DNA of 64,000 bases from Cyanobacteria bacterium J06626_4 (lineage in GTDB: Bacteria > Cyanobacteriota > Cyanobacteriia > Phormidesmidales > Phormidesmidaceae), in contig JBCBJQ010000003.1 of the NCBI GenBank assembly GCA_038523235.1, positions 94,188-158,187 of the forward strand, given 5' to 3'. Every line of letters starts with the position of its first letter. Within the stretch, counting starts at the first letter, position 1. The translations under genes and the position numbers were made by a program. This document shows, one piece after another, positions 44,606 through 54,320 of the stretch. The notes beneath the pieces are model-generated. The model searched no databases. It had not been told where the DNA came from and was given only the letters and a program-made list of their open reading frames with translations.

Positions 44606-45667
44606 TTAAGCCATCCAGCGCAGCTGTTGCGTCTTCACCGGAGACACAAATTCTCGCTGCTCCTGTTGCGATCGCTGATATTCTGCCTTCAATTGGTAAT
44701 ACCAACGAGCGAGCACATCGGAGTCTTTGATCAGCCGCAGAATGGGCTCGTGTTTCAAGCCGACCTGTTGGTGGGCGACCACGTCTCGATCTTGACCTAA
44801 AAATTCGGGAATCAGATATCGCATCGCTGGTTTGAGCAAAAAGCCCCAGGGAATATTCCAATAAAACTCAAACGTCACATCAGTTTCGTCATCGTTGAGC
44901 GGTGTCACCGTGGTTAGGTTGACTGCTCGATATTTAGCGGTGGTAGTTTCCTCCGTCCGCACCCCCGGCAGGTAAAAGATGATTTCGTTCTGGGGAACGC
45001 CACCAATCAGCCAATATCCGCGCCCCATCGTGTCTGGCATTTGGTGACGCCGCATCGTAAACCCATAGGGCGACGGATCAAACCACTTGATTTCAGGATT
45101 GAGCTGAGTGCCGCGCCACCACCAGCTGCGATGTACAAAGGGGGAATGGGCCGGATCCATCAAACCGACTACGGCATGGTCAATAAAGCAGGGAAACCGC
45201 ATCCGATAGGTAATGGCGGGCTGCACATCATCGGCAAAACCGGGCACTCGTGGAATCTCGAGCGCAGGCGGCGGAGACGCGGCGGTGGTGGACTCGGCCA
45301 TATAAATCCACAGGTTGCCCTGCACTTCTTGCACCTGATAGTGCGGCACGTCGAAGCGGCTCAGATCCATCTGCTGGTCGGCCATCAGTGAGGGAATTTC
45401 TAAACATTTGCCGGTCGGGCCAAACCGCCAGCCATGATAGCAACACTGCACATCAGCGCCGTTGAAGGAGCCACAGCTGAGCGGCACCGCCCGGTGAGGA
45501 CACAGATCTTTGATCGCAAAGGGCTCCCCCTGAGCAGTACGGCCAAACAAAATCGGCTCGTTGAGCAGTGTCTTGGCGATCGTTTCGCCGGGCTTGAGTT
45601 CCCGGCTGGGCATGGCGTGATACCAAATATTGCGGAGAAAAAACTGATTATCGGCAGCAAACACCAT
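44606..45667 (-). CDS. Rieske non-heme iron oxygenase alpha subunit
   Basis: CPHR...CCYHGW Rieske motif and DPAHSPFVH mononuclear Fe site. Confidence 0.9.
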   Translation of the reverse strand: MVFAADNQFFLRNIWYHAMPSRELKPGETIAKTLLNEPILFGRTAQGEPFAIKDLCPHRAVPLSCGSFNGADVQCCYHGWRFGPTGKCLEIPSLMADQQMDLSRFDVPHYQVQEVQGNLWIYMAESTTAASPPPALEIPRVPGFADDVQPAITYRMRFPCFIDHAVVGLMDPAHSPFVHRSWWWRGTQLNPEIKWFDPSPYGFTMRRHQMPDTMGRGYWLIGGVPQNEIIFYLPGVRTEETTTAKYRAVNLTTVTPLNDDETDVTFEFYWNIPWGFLLKPAMRYLIPEFLGQDRDVVAHQQVGLKHEPILRLIKDSDVLARWYYQLKAEYQRSQQEQREFVSPVKTQQLRWMA

Positions 45668-45898
45668 GGATGCGGTCTCTTACAGAGCAACAAATCGGCG
45701 ATCCATAATCTATCAAACTCTTCGGAGCAGCACGGCATGAAATGGATACAAAGTGATTTGAAGAGAGCGATCGTACCTCTGAAGCGGTGGTACCGCCGAG
45801 GCCTTTGCGACGCACCGCTCTAGACGACCAGCACCGTAGAGTAGTGTGGACAGACCCCCAAATCTAGGGTCGGTAATTAGTGAAAAACAACAGCAACG

Positions 45899-46459
45899 AT
45901 GGGTAAACGGATTTTAGTGTCAGGCCCGACGAAATCGGGGAAAAGCGAATGGGCAGAGCAGCTGGCCCTGCAGTCGGCGCGGCCGGTGATCTATGTGGCA
46001 ACGGCGCGTCCAAATGCGGATGATGCTGAGTGGCAAGCTCGTATTGCGGCCCATCGTCAGCGGCGTTCAGCTCAGTGGCAAACGCTAGAAGTGCCGGTCG
46101 ATTTAGCTCTCACGCTAGGCCGAGCAGAGGCTACAGAATGCTGGCTGGTGGACTCTTTGGGCACGTGGGTTGCCAATGGTCTGGCGGCCGCTCATGGTGA
46201 TTGGCAGCCGCAGGTTGACGGGCTGCTGCAGGCGATCTCCCACTTTCGCGGCACGCTCATTCTGGTGGCAGAAGAAACGGGTTGGGGGGTAGTTCCGGCT
46301 TATCCGCTGGGCCGCACGTTTCGCGATCGCTTAGGGACGTTGACTCGCCAGGTCGGGGCCGTTGCCGACGTCACCTATCTCGTTGTTGCCGGCTTTGCCG
46401 TTGATCTTAGTCAACTCGGCGTTCCCGTCCTCAACGAGGGTCAAGAGCCGCTCCGCTGA
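45899..46459 (+). CDS. cobU: Adenosylcobinamide kinase/cobinamide-phosphate guanylyltransferase
   Basis: GPTKSGKSEWAE, YVATA, RIAAHRQRR and EETGWGVVP..GRTFRD motifs. Confidence 0.93.
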   Translation: MGKRILVSGPTKSGKSEWAEQLALQSARPVIYVATARPNADDAEWQARIAAHRQRRSAQWQTLEVPVDLALTLGRAEATECWLVDSLGTWVANGLAAAHGDWQPQVDGLLQAISHFRGTLILVAEETGWGVVPAYPLGRTFRDRLGTLTRQVGAVADVTYLVVAGFAVDLSQLGVPVLNEGQEPLR

Positions 46460-46579
46460 TTATTACAACATCTTGCAAACCCTTGATAACAGACCATCTT
46501 TCTAGCTGACCGACTACGATCTAATGAAGAACGTGTTTCATCAACCGACCGGTCGTCACCCCTAGCTGGGAGGAAATCT

Positions 46580-47029
46580 ATGGCCTCTGTTCAAAAAGTT
46601 CAGTCTTACCTGGCTTACTGGTTTCAGCTGGGCAAACCGGTCGTCTTCCCACACAGCCAAACTCAGTGCTTGCCCAGCCCCATTTTTCAAGGTTCGCAGC
46701 TGAGTGGGGCGTTCCAACAGTGCTGGCAAACCATCCTGCAAAACTCAGCCGATAGCTTTCTGCGCGGTACCGATGAAAGCATCGCTGATCTATTGAGCGA
46801 CGAGTGGGACATTGTTGATTGTGCGCGCTGCGTAATGCCGCTCCCCATGCTCGTTCACGGCATCAAATCATCGCCTTGCCCCTGTGGGGACTTAGACTCT
46901 TGGCCCAACAGCGAAGTGCCGCAGCCACGAGCCGGTGTTTGTAGCAGTCAGCAGCTGGATGACATTCGTCAACGGTTGGGCGATCGCCTGCCCGACCGGC
47001 TGCGCCAGAGTCCGGAGCTATCCGTTTAA
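46580..47029 (+). CDS. Conserved cyanobacterial hypothetical protein (Cys-rich)
   Basis: GGAGG RBS; YLAYWFQLGK, CARC and PCPC...WPN motifs. Confidence 0.8.
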   Translation: MASVQKVQSYLAYWFQLGKPVVFPHSQTQCLPSPIFQGSQLSGAFQQCWQTILQNSADSFLRGTDESIADLLSDEWDIVDCARCVMPLPMLVHGIKSSPCPCGDLDSWPNSEVPQPRAGVCSSQQLDDIRQRLGDRLPDRLRQSPELSV

Positions 47030-47053
47030 CCCGTCAGCTCGCTCAAATCGTCT

Positions 47054-48010
47054 CTACAGGGCTACCAGCGCTGCTGGTTCACGACGGGTAATGGGGTACG
47101 TGTCAAAATCACGCGCCATGACTGTGTTGGGAAAAATTGACCGCGCCTCAGTTAAGAGGTCTTTCAACTCAACGGCATTGCCTGGTGCATAGCGCGGGCT
47201 GAAGTGGGTCATGATGAGCTGATTAGCCTGGGCTAGCAGGGCGGTTTGAGCCGCCATCGTCGAGGTTGAGTGCAGGCGTTGATAAGCCATCTCCGCATCT
47301 TGGTGGGCAAAGGTCGCCTCGTGAATCAGCACATCAACGTTCTGCGCCAGCTCCACCGCCCGTTCACAAAACACTGTGTCGGTGCAATAGGCTAGACTAC
47401 GCCCCGACAACGTGGGCCCACAGAGGTCTTTGCCGTTGATGCGCCGTCCATCCGGCAGGGTCACCACCTCGCCATTCTTCAACTTGCCGTAAATGGGCCC
47501 CGGTGGAATGCCCAATCCCTGAGCCCGTTTGACGTCGAAGCGCCCTGGCCGATCTTTTTCGCTGACGCGATAGCCGTGGGCGGGCACCCGGTGTTCTAGT
47601 AGAGCGCAGCTCACTGCAAAGTCATCGTCTTCATAAACTCGCCCCGGCTCAACCGTGTGAACTTTGATCGGAAACGAAAAGTGGGTCTGAGAGTAGCGAC
47701 GGCAGGCTTGCAAATAATCGTGCAGCTTGGGAGGGCCATAGATATCAACCTTTTGCTGGGGGTTACCGGCCAGTCCGCAACTGGCTAACAGCCCCATCAG
47801 CCCAAAGATGTGGTCACCATGCATGTGGGTGATGAAGATGCGACGAATCTGGCTGGCCTTAAACTCGCTGCGCAAAAACTGATGCTGAGTGCCCTCGCCA
47901 CAGTCAAACAGCCAAATTTCTCCTCGTTGAGTCAGCCGCAAAGCCACGCTTGACACATTGCGCGATCGCGTTGGCACACCAGAACTCGTTCCCAAAAAGG
48001 TGATCTCCAA
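47054..48010 (-). CDS. rnz: Ribonuclease Z
   Basis: [29 protein letters not shown] and HFSPRY motifs. Confidence 0.97.
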   Translation of the reverse strand: MEITFLGTSSGVPTRSRNVSSVALRLTQRGEIWLFDCGEGTQHQFLRSEFKASQIRRIFITHMHGDHIFGLMGLLASCGLAGNPQQKVDIYGPPKLHDYLQACRRYSQTHFSFPIKVHTVEPGRVYEDDDFAVSCALLEHRVPAHGYRVSEKDRPGRFDVKRAQGLGIPPGPIYGKLKNGEVVTLPDGRRINGKDLCGPTLSGRSLAYCTDTVFCERAVELAQNVDVLIHEATFAHQDAEMAYQRLHSTSTMAAQTALLAQANQLIMTHFSPRYAPGNAVELKDLLTEARSIFPNTVMARDFDTYPITRREPAALVAL

Positions 48011-48887
48011 GCTTGTTCCTTCCTTTGCTGAGGGTCATGCCTCCATCTTGGCACGGTCTGCAGCGGCGATCGCTGTTGGCCACCCGCACGGCCCTGAACC
48101 TCTACGCACAAACCATGAACCGGAGCCGCGAGACATGCGAGCACGCCTCTGTAAATATACGGTTATCTGTTACGGCTCCTGATCAAACCTAACGACTTTC
48201 TGTAATCTCTTGAGGAATTTTTAGAGGAGATGTCGCGATAGTTAAAAAAACAGTCATGAGCGATCGCCTAATCAGACTGTTCCCTATTTCGTTTGTTCCC
48301 GATTTTGATTGAATTCGCAATATTTTGCGGCGCAACGAAAGGGGTTGATGGCACTCAGAATTCCTGAGGGTGTAAAGCTACTTATCGTCGCCTAGGTGAC
48401 CGGCAAGCCAGGAAAACCCATGGCACGCAAGGGATCTCAGCGTCAGATGACGGCGTTAACATCAATCTTTAAAGTGGCAATCTCAGAAAATAGGGATGCC
48501 AAAGGCGGGGGCAAGCGGTTAATTTAAAGGCGCACAAGACAATGATGTTGATTCCGTAAAATTTCTATGAAGTAGCGATTAGTCTTTGATAAAGATGGCT
48601 TAAATGTGAGGATAGTGTCGATTAATTCGATAGGTTATTGGCGGGGGATATACTGAGGCCAAGTGGATCATCCCCGTATGTGAGGTATTAGAAGCCGCTT
48701 AGGGTGCTACATCAGGTCTTTTGGTTTGTAAGAACCCCTAAGCCAACAGATACGTCACAACTTGATTCTTGGCTGTCAGTAACTCTCAACGGACTCAAGC
48801 GATCAAGCATCGAAGATTTAGGCAGTGACTTGCCTACGCTAACGCATCTACTAACCGCTCTCGACTACCCACAGTTTCTAAAGGTCA

Positions 48888-49907
48888 ATGGCAACCATAA
48901 CAGGCAGCGACAGGTCTGATTTTCTCTCCGGCACCGACGGGGATGACATCTTTAATGATGGCAGCGGCAATGATGTCGTGTTTGGCGGTCCTGGAAACGA
49001 TGTATTCAACGATGGGCCAGGCTTCGATACCTTCTACGGTGGCCCTGGAAACGATACCTTTCGTTTTTCAGAAGGGTTCAGTTCGCCTGCTGAGACTGAC
49101 GATAGTGCGGCTAATGCGGATGATGTCGTCGTCAATCCGATTGGGATTCCCCTGGGTATGTTTGGCGGGCCCGGGTTTGACACGATTGATGCGAGCAGCG
49201 CGCTACACGGGCTTTCGTTTGCCGAAGCAGTCTTTTCGGGTTTTAGCATTGAAGAGTTGATCGGCTCTCCTTTTAAGGATGAGGTAGACGCGACGGGCAC
49301 TGAGGCCGACCTCATCTTGAATGGCGGTGAGGGCCATGACGTCTTGATTGGCGGCTTGGGCGATGACGAGATTGACGGCGGTGCCGGTGGGGATCGATTA
49401 ACCGGCGGCCCAGGCGCGGATGTCTTTGTCATCAATGAGTTGACCGATTCGCCCTTAGACGAATTTGATGTCATCACAGACTTTAATCTCGCTGCAGTTA
49501 TCGACGGGGCTGAGACCGATACCCCCGACTCTGCTCCCAATATCACCTCAGAGTCAGAATCGACCATCGCTCTGCCGGCGGTCGAAGCAATCGTCGATGT
49601 GATTGATGGCCCGTCTGCGATCGCAGCGGAGGCTGTTCAAGCAGCCGGAACGGTGGCAACCCTCGACTCAGAAGATATTGAAGCGGTCTTGACTGAAGCA
49701 ACGTTTGCCTCAGAGGGGGCGGCGACTTTCACCATCGAAGGGGTTTTGACTGAAGACCTATCAGCCTCAATGGGAGCGGCGGCGAAGCCAGAAGATCGCA
49801 CGTTTCTAGCGCTAAACGATGAGGTGGCTGGTTTTCAGGCCGCTAATGATGCCGTGATTGAAATCACTGGCTACAGCGGTAGTCTCACCAATATGGTGAT
49901 TATCTAG
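48888..49907 (+). CDS. Acidic RTX-type calcium-binding surface protein
   Basis: Multiple GGxGxD repeats; C-terminal TFLALND..GFQA.ND.VIEITG tail typical of cyanobacterial surface proteins. Confidence 0.85.
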   Translation: MATITGSDRSDFLSGTDGDDIFNDGSGNDVVFGGPGNDVFNDGPGFDTFYGGPGNDTFRFSEGFSSPAETDDSAANADDVVVNPIGIPLGMFGGPGFDTIDASSALHGLSFAEAVFSGFSIEELIGSPFKDEVDATGTEADLILNGGEGHDVLIGGLGDDEIDGGAGGDRLTGGPGADVFVINELTDSPLDEFDVITDFNLAAVIDGAETDTPDSAPNITSESESTIALPAVEAIVDVIDGPSAIAAEAVQAAGTVATLDSEDIEAVLTEATFASEGAATFTIEGVLTEDLSASMGAAAKPEDRTFLALNDEVAGFQAANDAVIEITGYSGSLTNMVII

Positions 49908-50326
49908 AAGGGCGTTGCCAATCAACCGAATCTCCGAGCATCGGGGGGTGGGCAGTGCCAAAGTATCTATCTGGTATTGCTGTGTGCTCCGCCGCTGTCG
50001 ATGTCCCATCGCCCGCCGGGCAGACTTCGCTATAAAAAAGAGTCCTCCAGAGAATGCGCTCGCAGTCCCCGTTTGTCGAGGCGAAGCGTGGTCTAGGCGG
50101 GCTATGGCGGGACTTCGGGGGATTCAAAAGCCTTGACCTCAAACCAGACGAATCATACAGTTTGAGTTTTGGCAATACCGAATCAAGCGATTTGAAATGC
50201 CATGCCAGCCCCGATCAGCGCATCGGCAATCGCCTCACGTTGTGTGAGGGACTGAAGACCGGCTCGCGTCAGTTGTCGTAATGGGTAAGACAGGGCCTGC
50301 TGAAGTTCTTCCAGGTCGAACCAACA

Positions 50327-50439
50327 GCGATCGCCTCTGCCCTCAACCAAACGGTGCCCTGCGAAGTCGTCGTTGTTGATGATGCGTCAACAGATGAGCC
50401 CGAGGCCTATGTTCGCAGTTTGGGTGATCAGGTAATTTA
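50327..50439 (+). pseudogene. Fragment of a family-2 glycosyltransferase N-terminus
   Basis: Translates as [37 protein letters not shown] (GT2 VVDD.S.D motif) and is cut at the IS982 end. Confidence 0.7.
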
Positions 50440-50955
50440 ACGTGAGTTCGGGTTAAGACGCGGGCGGCAACGCCCACTCCAAATTGATTGCCGGCTTTTT
50501 GGGTTGATGGCAGTAAGCAATCAGGCTGCAGACGAGATTGACCATGAAATTTGTGGGACTGCGGTGCCGAGAATGCTCGATCTGCGAAATATTTTTCAGT
50601 TGGTCAATCACCGTCTCAATGATGGCGCGCTTTCGCGCCAGTAACTTGTCGGTCAAGCGCATTAACTTATTTTTCATGTTGCGCCTGGGTTTAGCGAAGA
50701 ACTCGATGCCAAACGTCTGAAGGAGTTGTTGGGCAAGCTTCTGGGAGACATAGCCCCGGTCAGCAAAGACCTTGCCAAACAGACCACTGAGCACATCAGG
50801 AACGGGCTTACGGTCGTCGGTATTCCCTGGTGTGACGGTCATGTTTAACAACTCCCCGAATTCATTCACGACGAGATGCACCTTGAAGCCATAGAACCAG
50901 TCCACGGAAGTTTTGCCGCGAGCCGCCAACTCATCAAACACGTGATGTTGTATTG
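50440..50955 (-). mobile_element. Truncated IS982 family element (3' half of the transposase plus terminal IR)
   Basis: ARGKTSVDWFYGFKVHLVVN, ADRGYVS and IETVIDQLKNISQIEHSRHRS motifs; terminal ACGTGAGTTCGG at 50440; N-terminal half absent. Confidence 0.88.
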
Positions 50956-50971
50956 AATGTCAAGCGTTTAG

Positions 50972-52769
50972 GGCTCTTCCCAGCTTTTGGTGAAGCGTTA
51001 GAGATACGGATGCTAAAAAATACGAGGTGGCAGGAGAACCTGAAATGTGCCCCTGCATCAACCGTTACCCATGCTTACCGCCTTCTTCTAGCAGCTACTG
51101 CCCAAGTCTGCCCCGCTTCAGATCACTGGCTACGACCTCGACTTAGAGCATCATCATCTCACACTGAAAGCTATCTCCACCCAGCAAACCACTTACTGTC
51201 CAGTGTGCCAGACACCGACTCATCGGGTTCATAGCCGCTATCATCGCACTTTGGCAGATTTGCCGTGCGTCCACTTCAGCCTCATCATCTTTCTGGAGGT
51301 GTGTAAGTTTTTCTGTGACAACAGCCATTGCCCGCGTCGCATCTTCACTGAGCGTCTGCCCAACATTGCTGCACCTTGGGCCAGAAAAACCGTCCGCTTG
51401 GTCCAGCGACTGCAGCAGCTTGCTCTAGCCCTAGGCGGTGCTGCGGGGGTAGACTTAGCCACTCAGCAGGGGTTAGTCGTGTGCGGTAGTACACTGCTGA
51501 ACCATGTCAAAGTCTTACCCTTGCCAGAGTTCGAGGTACCGAAGGTTTTGGGCGTTGACGACTTTGCCTTCCGTAAGGGTCACAACTACGGCACGATTCT
51601 GGTAGACCTAGAGCGTCACCAACCGATCGCCCTCTTACCAGGCCGCAAGGCCGAAACGTTGGCCGAGTGGTTGCGTCTAGCATCCGGGTGTCGAAATCCT
51701 CTCTCGTGACCGCTCCAAAGCCTACAAGAGCGGCATGGATGACGGTGCGCCAGAGGCGATTCAAGTGGCCGATAGATTTCATCTGGTCTACAACCTGTCA
51801 GACGCGTTAGTCGACTTCTTCAGTGGCTACAGGAAAGACTTGAAAGCGGTAGAGCAACGGCAGCAGCAACAGCATGCTGAGTCTAGTGCAGCGGTGACAG
51901 CTCAGCCGCAGCCAACTGCAACCAAAGAAGCTCAGGCAAAGACGCTAGGGGCTCATCAACAACGAGTAGTACGGCAACAAAGAGAAATCAAGCGGCTCAG
52001 AGAACAGAATTGGCAGCAGATAGCGATTGCCAAAGCGGTGGGCGTCAGCGAGCGGACAGTGTAGCGGTTTTTGGCACTGCCTGATTTTCCAGAGACACCT
52101 TCCAGCCATACAAGCCGATGGTGTTGAAATGGTGGAATTCCGGCAACACCCAGTCCAAGGCATTAATGAGGTTACTCCGACGGCAAGGCTACACGGGCAC
52201 GCTACGCACACTACAACGCTATATTTGCAGTCTGCGTCAAGCGCAGGGAGTACCGACAAAGCGAGTGCTGCCAAAGCAGGGGTTGCCTAACCTTATCGAT
52301 CTACAGTTGCCGTCTTTGACGGCTCGTTGGGCAGCATATCTGTTGATCAAGAGAGTGGAGAACCGAGAGGAGGATGAGGCAGAACGGGTGACACTTTTAG
52401 CTCAACAACCCCCCGAGCTCGCCAGCGCTATCGAAGTGACAGATGAGTTCCTCGATTTGCTGCGTCATCAGCGGGCGGATAGGTTTGATACTTGGCTTTT
52501 CAAGGTGTTGACCTGCCGATTGAGACCGCTTCAAAAGTTCGCAGAGGGACTGCTGGACGATTATGCTGCGGTCAAAGCCATCCTGATGCTGCCCGTGAGC
52601 AACGGTCCTGTTGAAGGGCTGAATAATCGTCTCAAGATGCTCAAGCGACAGATGTATGGCAGAGCAGGACAGGACCTGCTTGCTAAGCGGTTGATTGCCC
52701 CACAACCAGGAACTGCCTGATGTTGGCAATAACGTATCTCTAACGCTTCACCAAAAGTTGGGAAGAACC
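50972..52769 (+). mobile_element. ISL3 family insertion sequence (~1.8 kb) with 37-bp terminal inverted repeats
   Basis: Left end GGCTCTTCCCAGCTTTTGGTGAAGCGTTAGAGATACG; right end reverse complement GGTTCTTCCCAACTTTTGGTGAAGCGTTAGAGATACG (2 mismatches). Confidence 0.92.
51071..52720 (+). pseudogene. Degenerate ISL3 transposase (stops and frameshifts)
   Basis: Zn-finger CPVC/C...[18 protein letters not shown] and SNGPVEGLNNRLKMLKRQMYGRAG motifs, split across ORFs 51203-51709, 51735-52064 and 52118-52720, with an early TAG after codon 6. Confidence 0.9.
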
Positions 52770-52900
52770 GGCTGTTTGTCCAAAATCAAAGCTCAATCAA
52801 ACGCTCCCTTGCTGTCTGTTGATGGATGCGTCCTGGTGTGGTGGTGATCGCTGCTGTACTAACTCAAATGACGGAAGCTGGGAGGGCGAGACGGAGCCGC

Positions 52901-54115
52901 CTAGATCCCTTCAGCTTCGGTATTGACCTTCCAAAGCTCCAACAGCGCGTCTACGCGATCAACCGAGGCCATATCCTCTTGCGCTAAATATAGGCGGCGC
53001 GCACTGGTGACCTGCACAATGGCCTGTTGTTCTAACCCTTCGGCCCAGAGCGCTAAACCCAGGTTGTAGTGCGCTCCCGGATTGCCAGGAAACGCGTCAA
53101 GCACGCGACGATAGGCGGCAATCGCCTGCAAATAGACGCCTTGTTCGAGGTGCAGCGCGCCGACTGCCGCTTGCGCTGGAATCAGCGTTGGGTCGGCATC
53201 CACGGCACGGCGGTAATAGGTATAGGCCGCTTCCACATCGCCCCGTTCCATCGAGATTTCGCCGAGCAAAAACTGGGCCTGGGCCGCTTCGCGATCGAGT
53301 TCAACGGCGCGACGCAGGTTGTTAAACGCGCCGTCAACATCCCCCTGGGCCAGCTGCGTTTCCGCTAGACCGACATAGGCAGCACTGCGGCTGTCATCCA
53401 CTTGCACGGCCCGCTGAAAGGCAGACTCAGCGTTGGCATAGTCTTCGCGAATGAGGTAAAGGGTGCCTAGTGCTTCATAGGCTTTGGCATTGCCGGGAGC
53501 GCGCTGCGCCAGGGTTTCGTAGGTGCTGAGGGCCGCGTCGTAGTCTTCTAGTGTGATGTAAATGTTGCCAAGCCCTAAATAGGCATCTGTGGCTGACGGC
53601 GACAGGTCCGTGATGGCTTCGTAGGCTGCAATCGCGCTGTCATAGTCCTCGGAGCGCACGTAGGCAAAGGCCAGCCCATAGCGAAAGGGTAAATTATCGG
53701 GCTCTAGGGTAATCGCTTGCTCATAGGGCGCGATCGCGTCGGCGTACTGGCCTTGCTGCACGTAGAGATAGCCAATGCCAGAAAATAATCGAGCGTTGCT
53801 CGGGTCAATGCGGGTGGCCTCTTGATATAGGGCGATCGCCCCAGCGTAGTCGCGGGCTTCGACCTTATCTTGGCCTTCGGTGAGTAGGTCATCCAGGGCT
53901 TCTTGTTGGGCGTCTGACAGGTCTGAGCTACCGGCCTGGGCCAGCAGCCGCCGCACTGAGTCAGTGAGGGGGACCAGTGCTGGCGAGGGCAGGGCAATCT
54001 CGGACTGAATGGACGGTGCAAGAACCGCTGCCCCAGTCGAGGCGGCTTGAGCGCTAGCGGCCAGCGTGCTCGCTACGGCCCCCGACAATAAAAGTGCAAA
54101 CCATCGAAAAGACAC
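52901..54115 (-). CDS. Exported tetratricopeptide repeat protein
   Basis: GGAGG RBS upstream of GTG 54115; signal peptide; about 9 TPR-like repeats. Confidence 0.88.
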   Translation of the reverse strand: MSFRWFALLLSGAVASTLAASAQAASTGAAVLAPSIQSEIALPSPALVPLTDSVRRLLAQAGSSDLSDAQQEALDDLLTEGQDKVEARDYAGAIALYQEATRIDPSNARLFSGIGYLYVQQGQYADAIAPYEQAITLEPDNLPFRYGLAFAYVRSEDYDSAIAAYEAITDLSPSATDAYLGLGNIYITLEDYDAALSTYETLAQRAPGNAKAYEALGTLYLIREDYANAESAFQRAVQVDDSRSAAYVGLAETQLAQGDVDGAFNNLRRAVELDREAAQAQFLLGEISMERGDVEAAYTYYRRAVDADPTLIPAQAAVGALHLEQGVYLQAIAAYRRVLDAFPGNPGAHYNLGLALWAEGLEQQAIVQVTSARRLYLAQEDMASVDRVDALLELWKVNTEAEGI

Positions 54116-54320
54116 GGCCAATCGACCTCCTGAATAGTCGCCAAGGTGGTTGAAGCCCTGGACTGAACTCGACGCGTCACCCCAAAAATCCGCTCTCAAT
54201 TTTATCTTAAAAATCCCGATGATGGGATCAACAGAGTTGGGGTTGAGCGCTGTTCCCTCGTCACTCTTCAACTGCATTCGGCGACTATCCGGCCTGATCA
54301 ACTGCGACTCCTACAGGTGG

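Noticed and set aside
45668..45898. Cobalamin riboswitch upstream of cobU
   Set aside because: No B12-box or GGGAA/GCCACTG motifs seen, and the region is short.
48380..48460. AAACCCATGGCACGCAAGGGAT dyad resembling cyanobacterial CRISPR-leader or PsrR1-like sequence
   Set aside because: No array follows, and the similarity is too short to support either call.
54116..54301. Extended N-terminus of the TPR gene
   Set aside because: The RBS and signal peptide point to a start at about 54115-54121.
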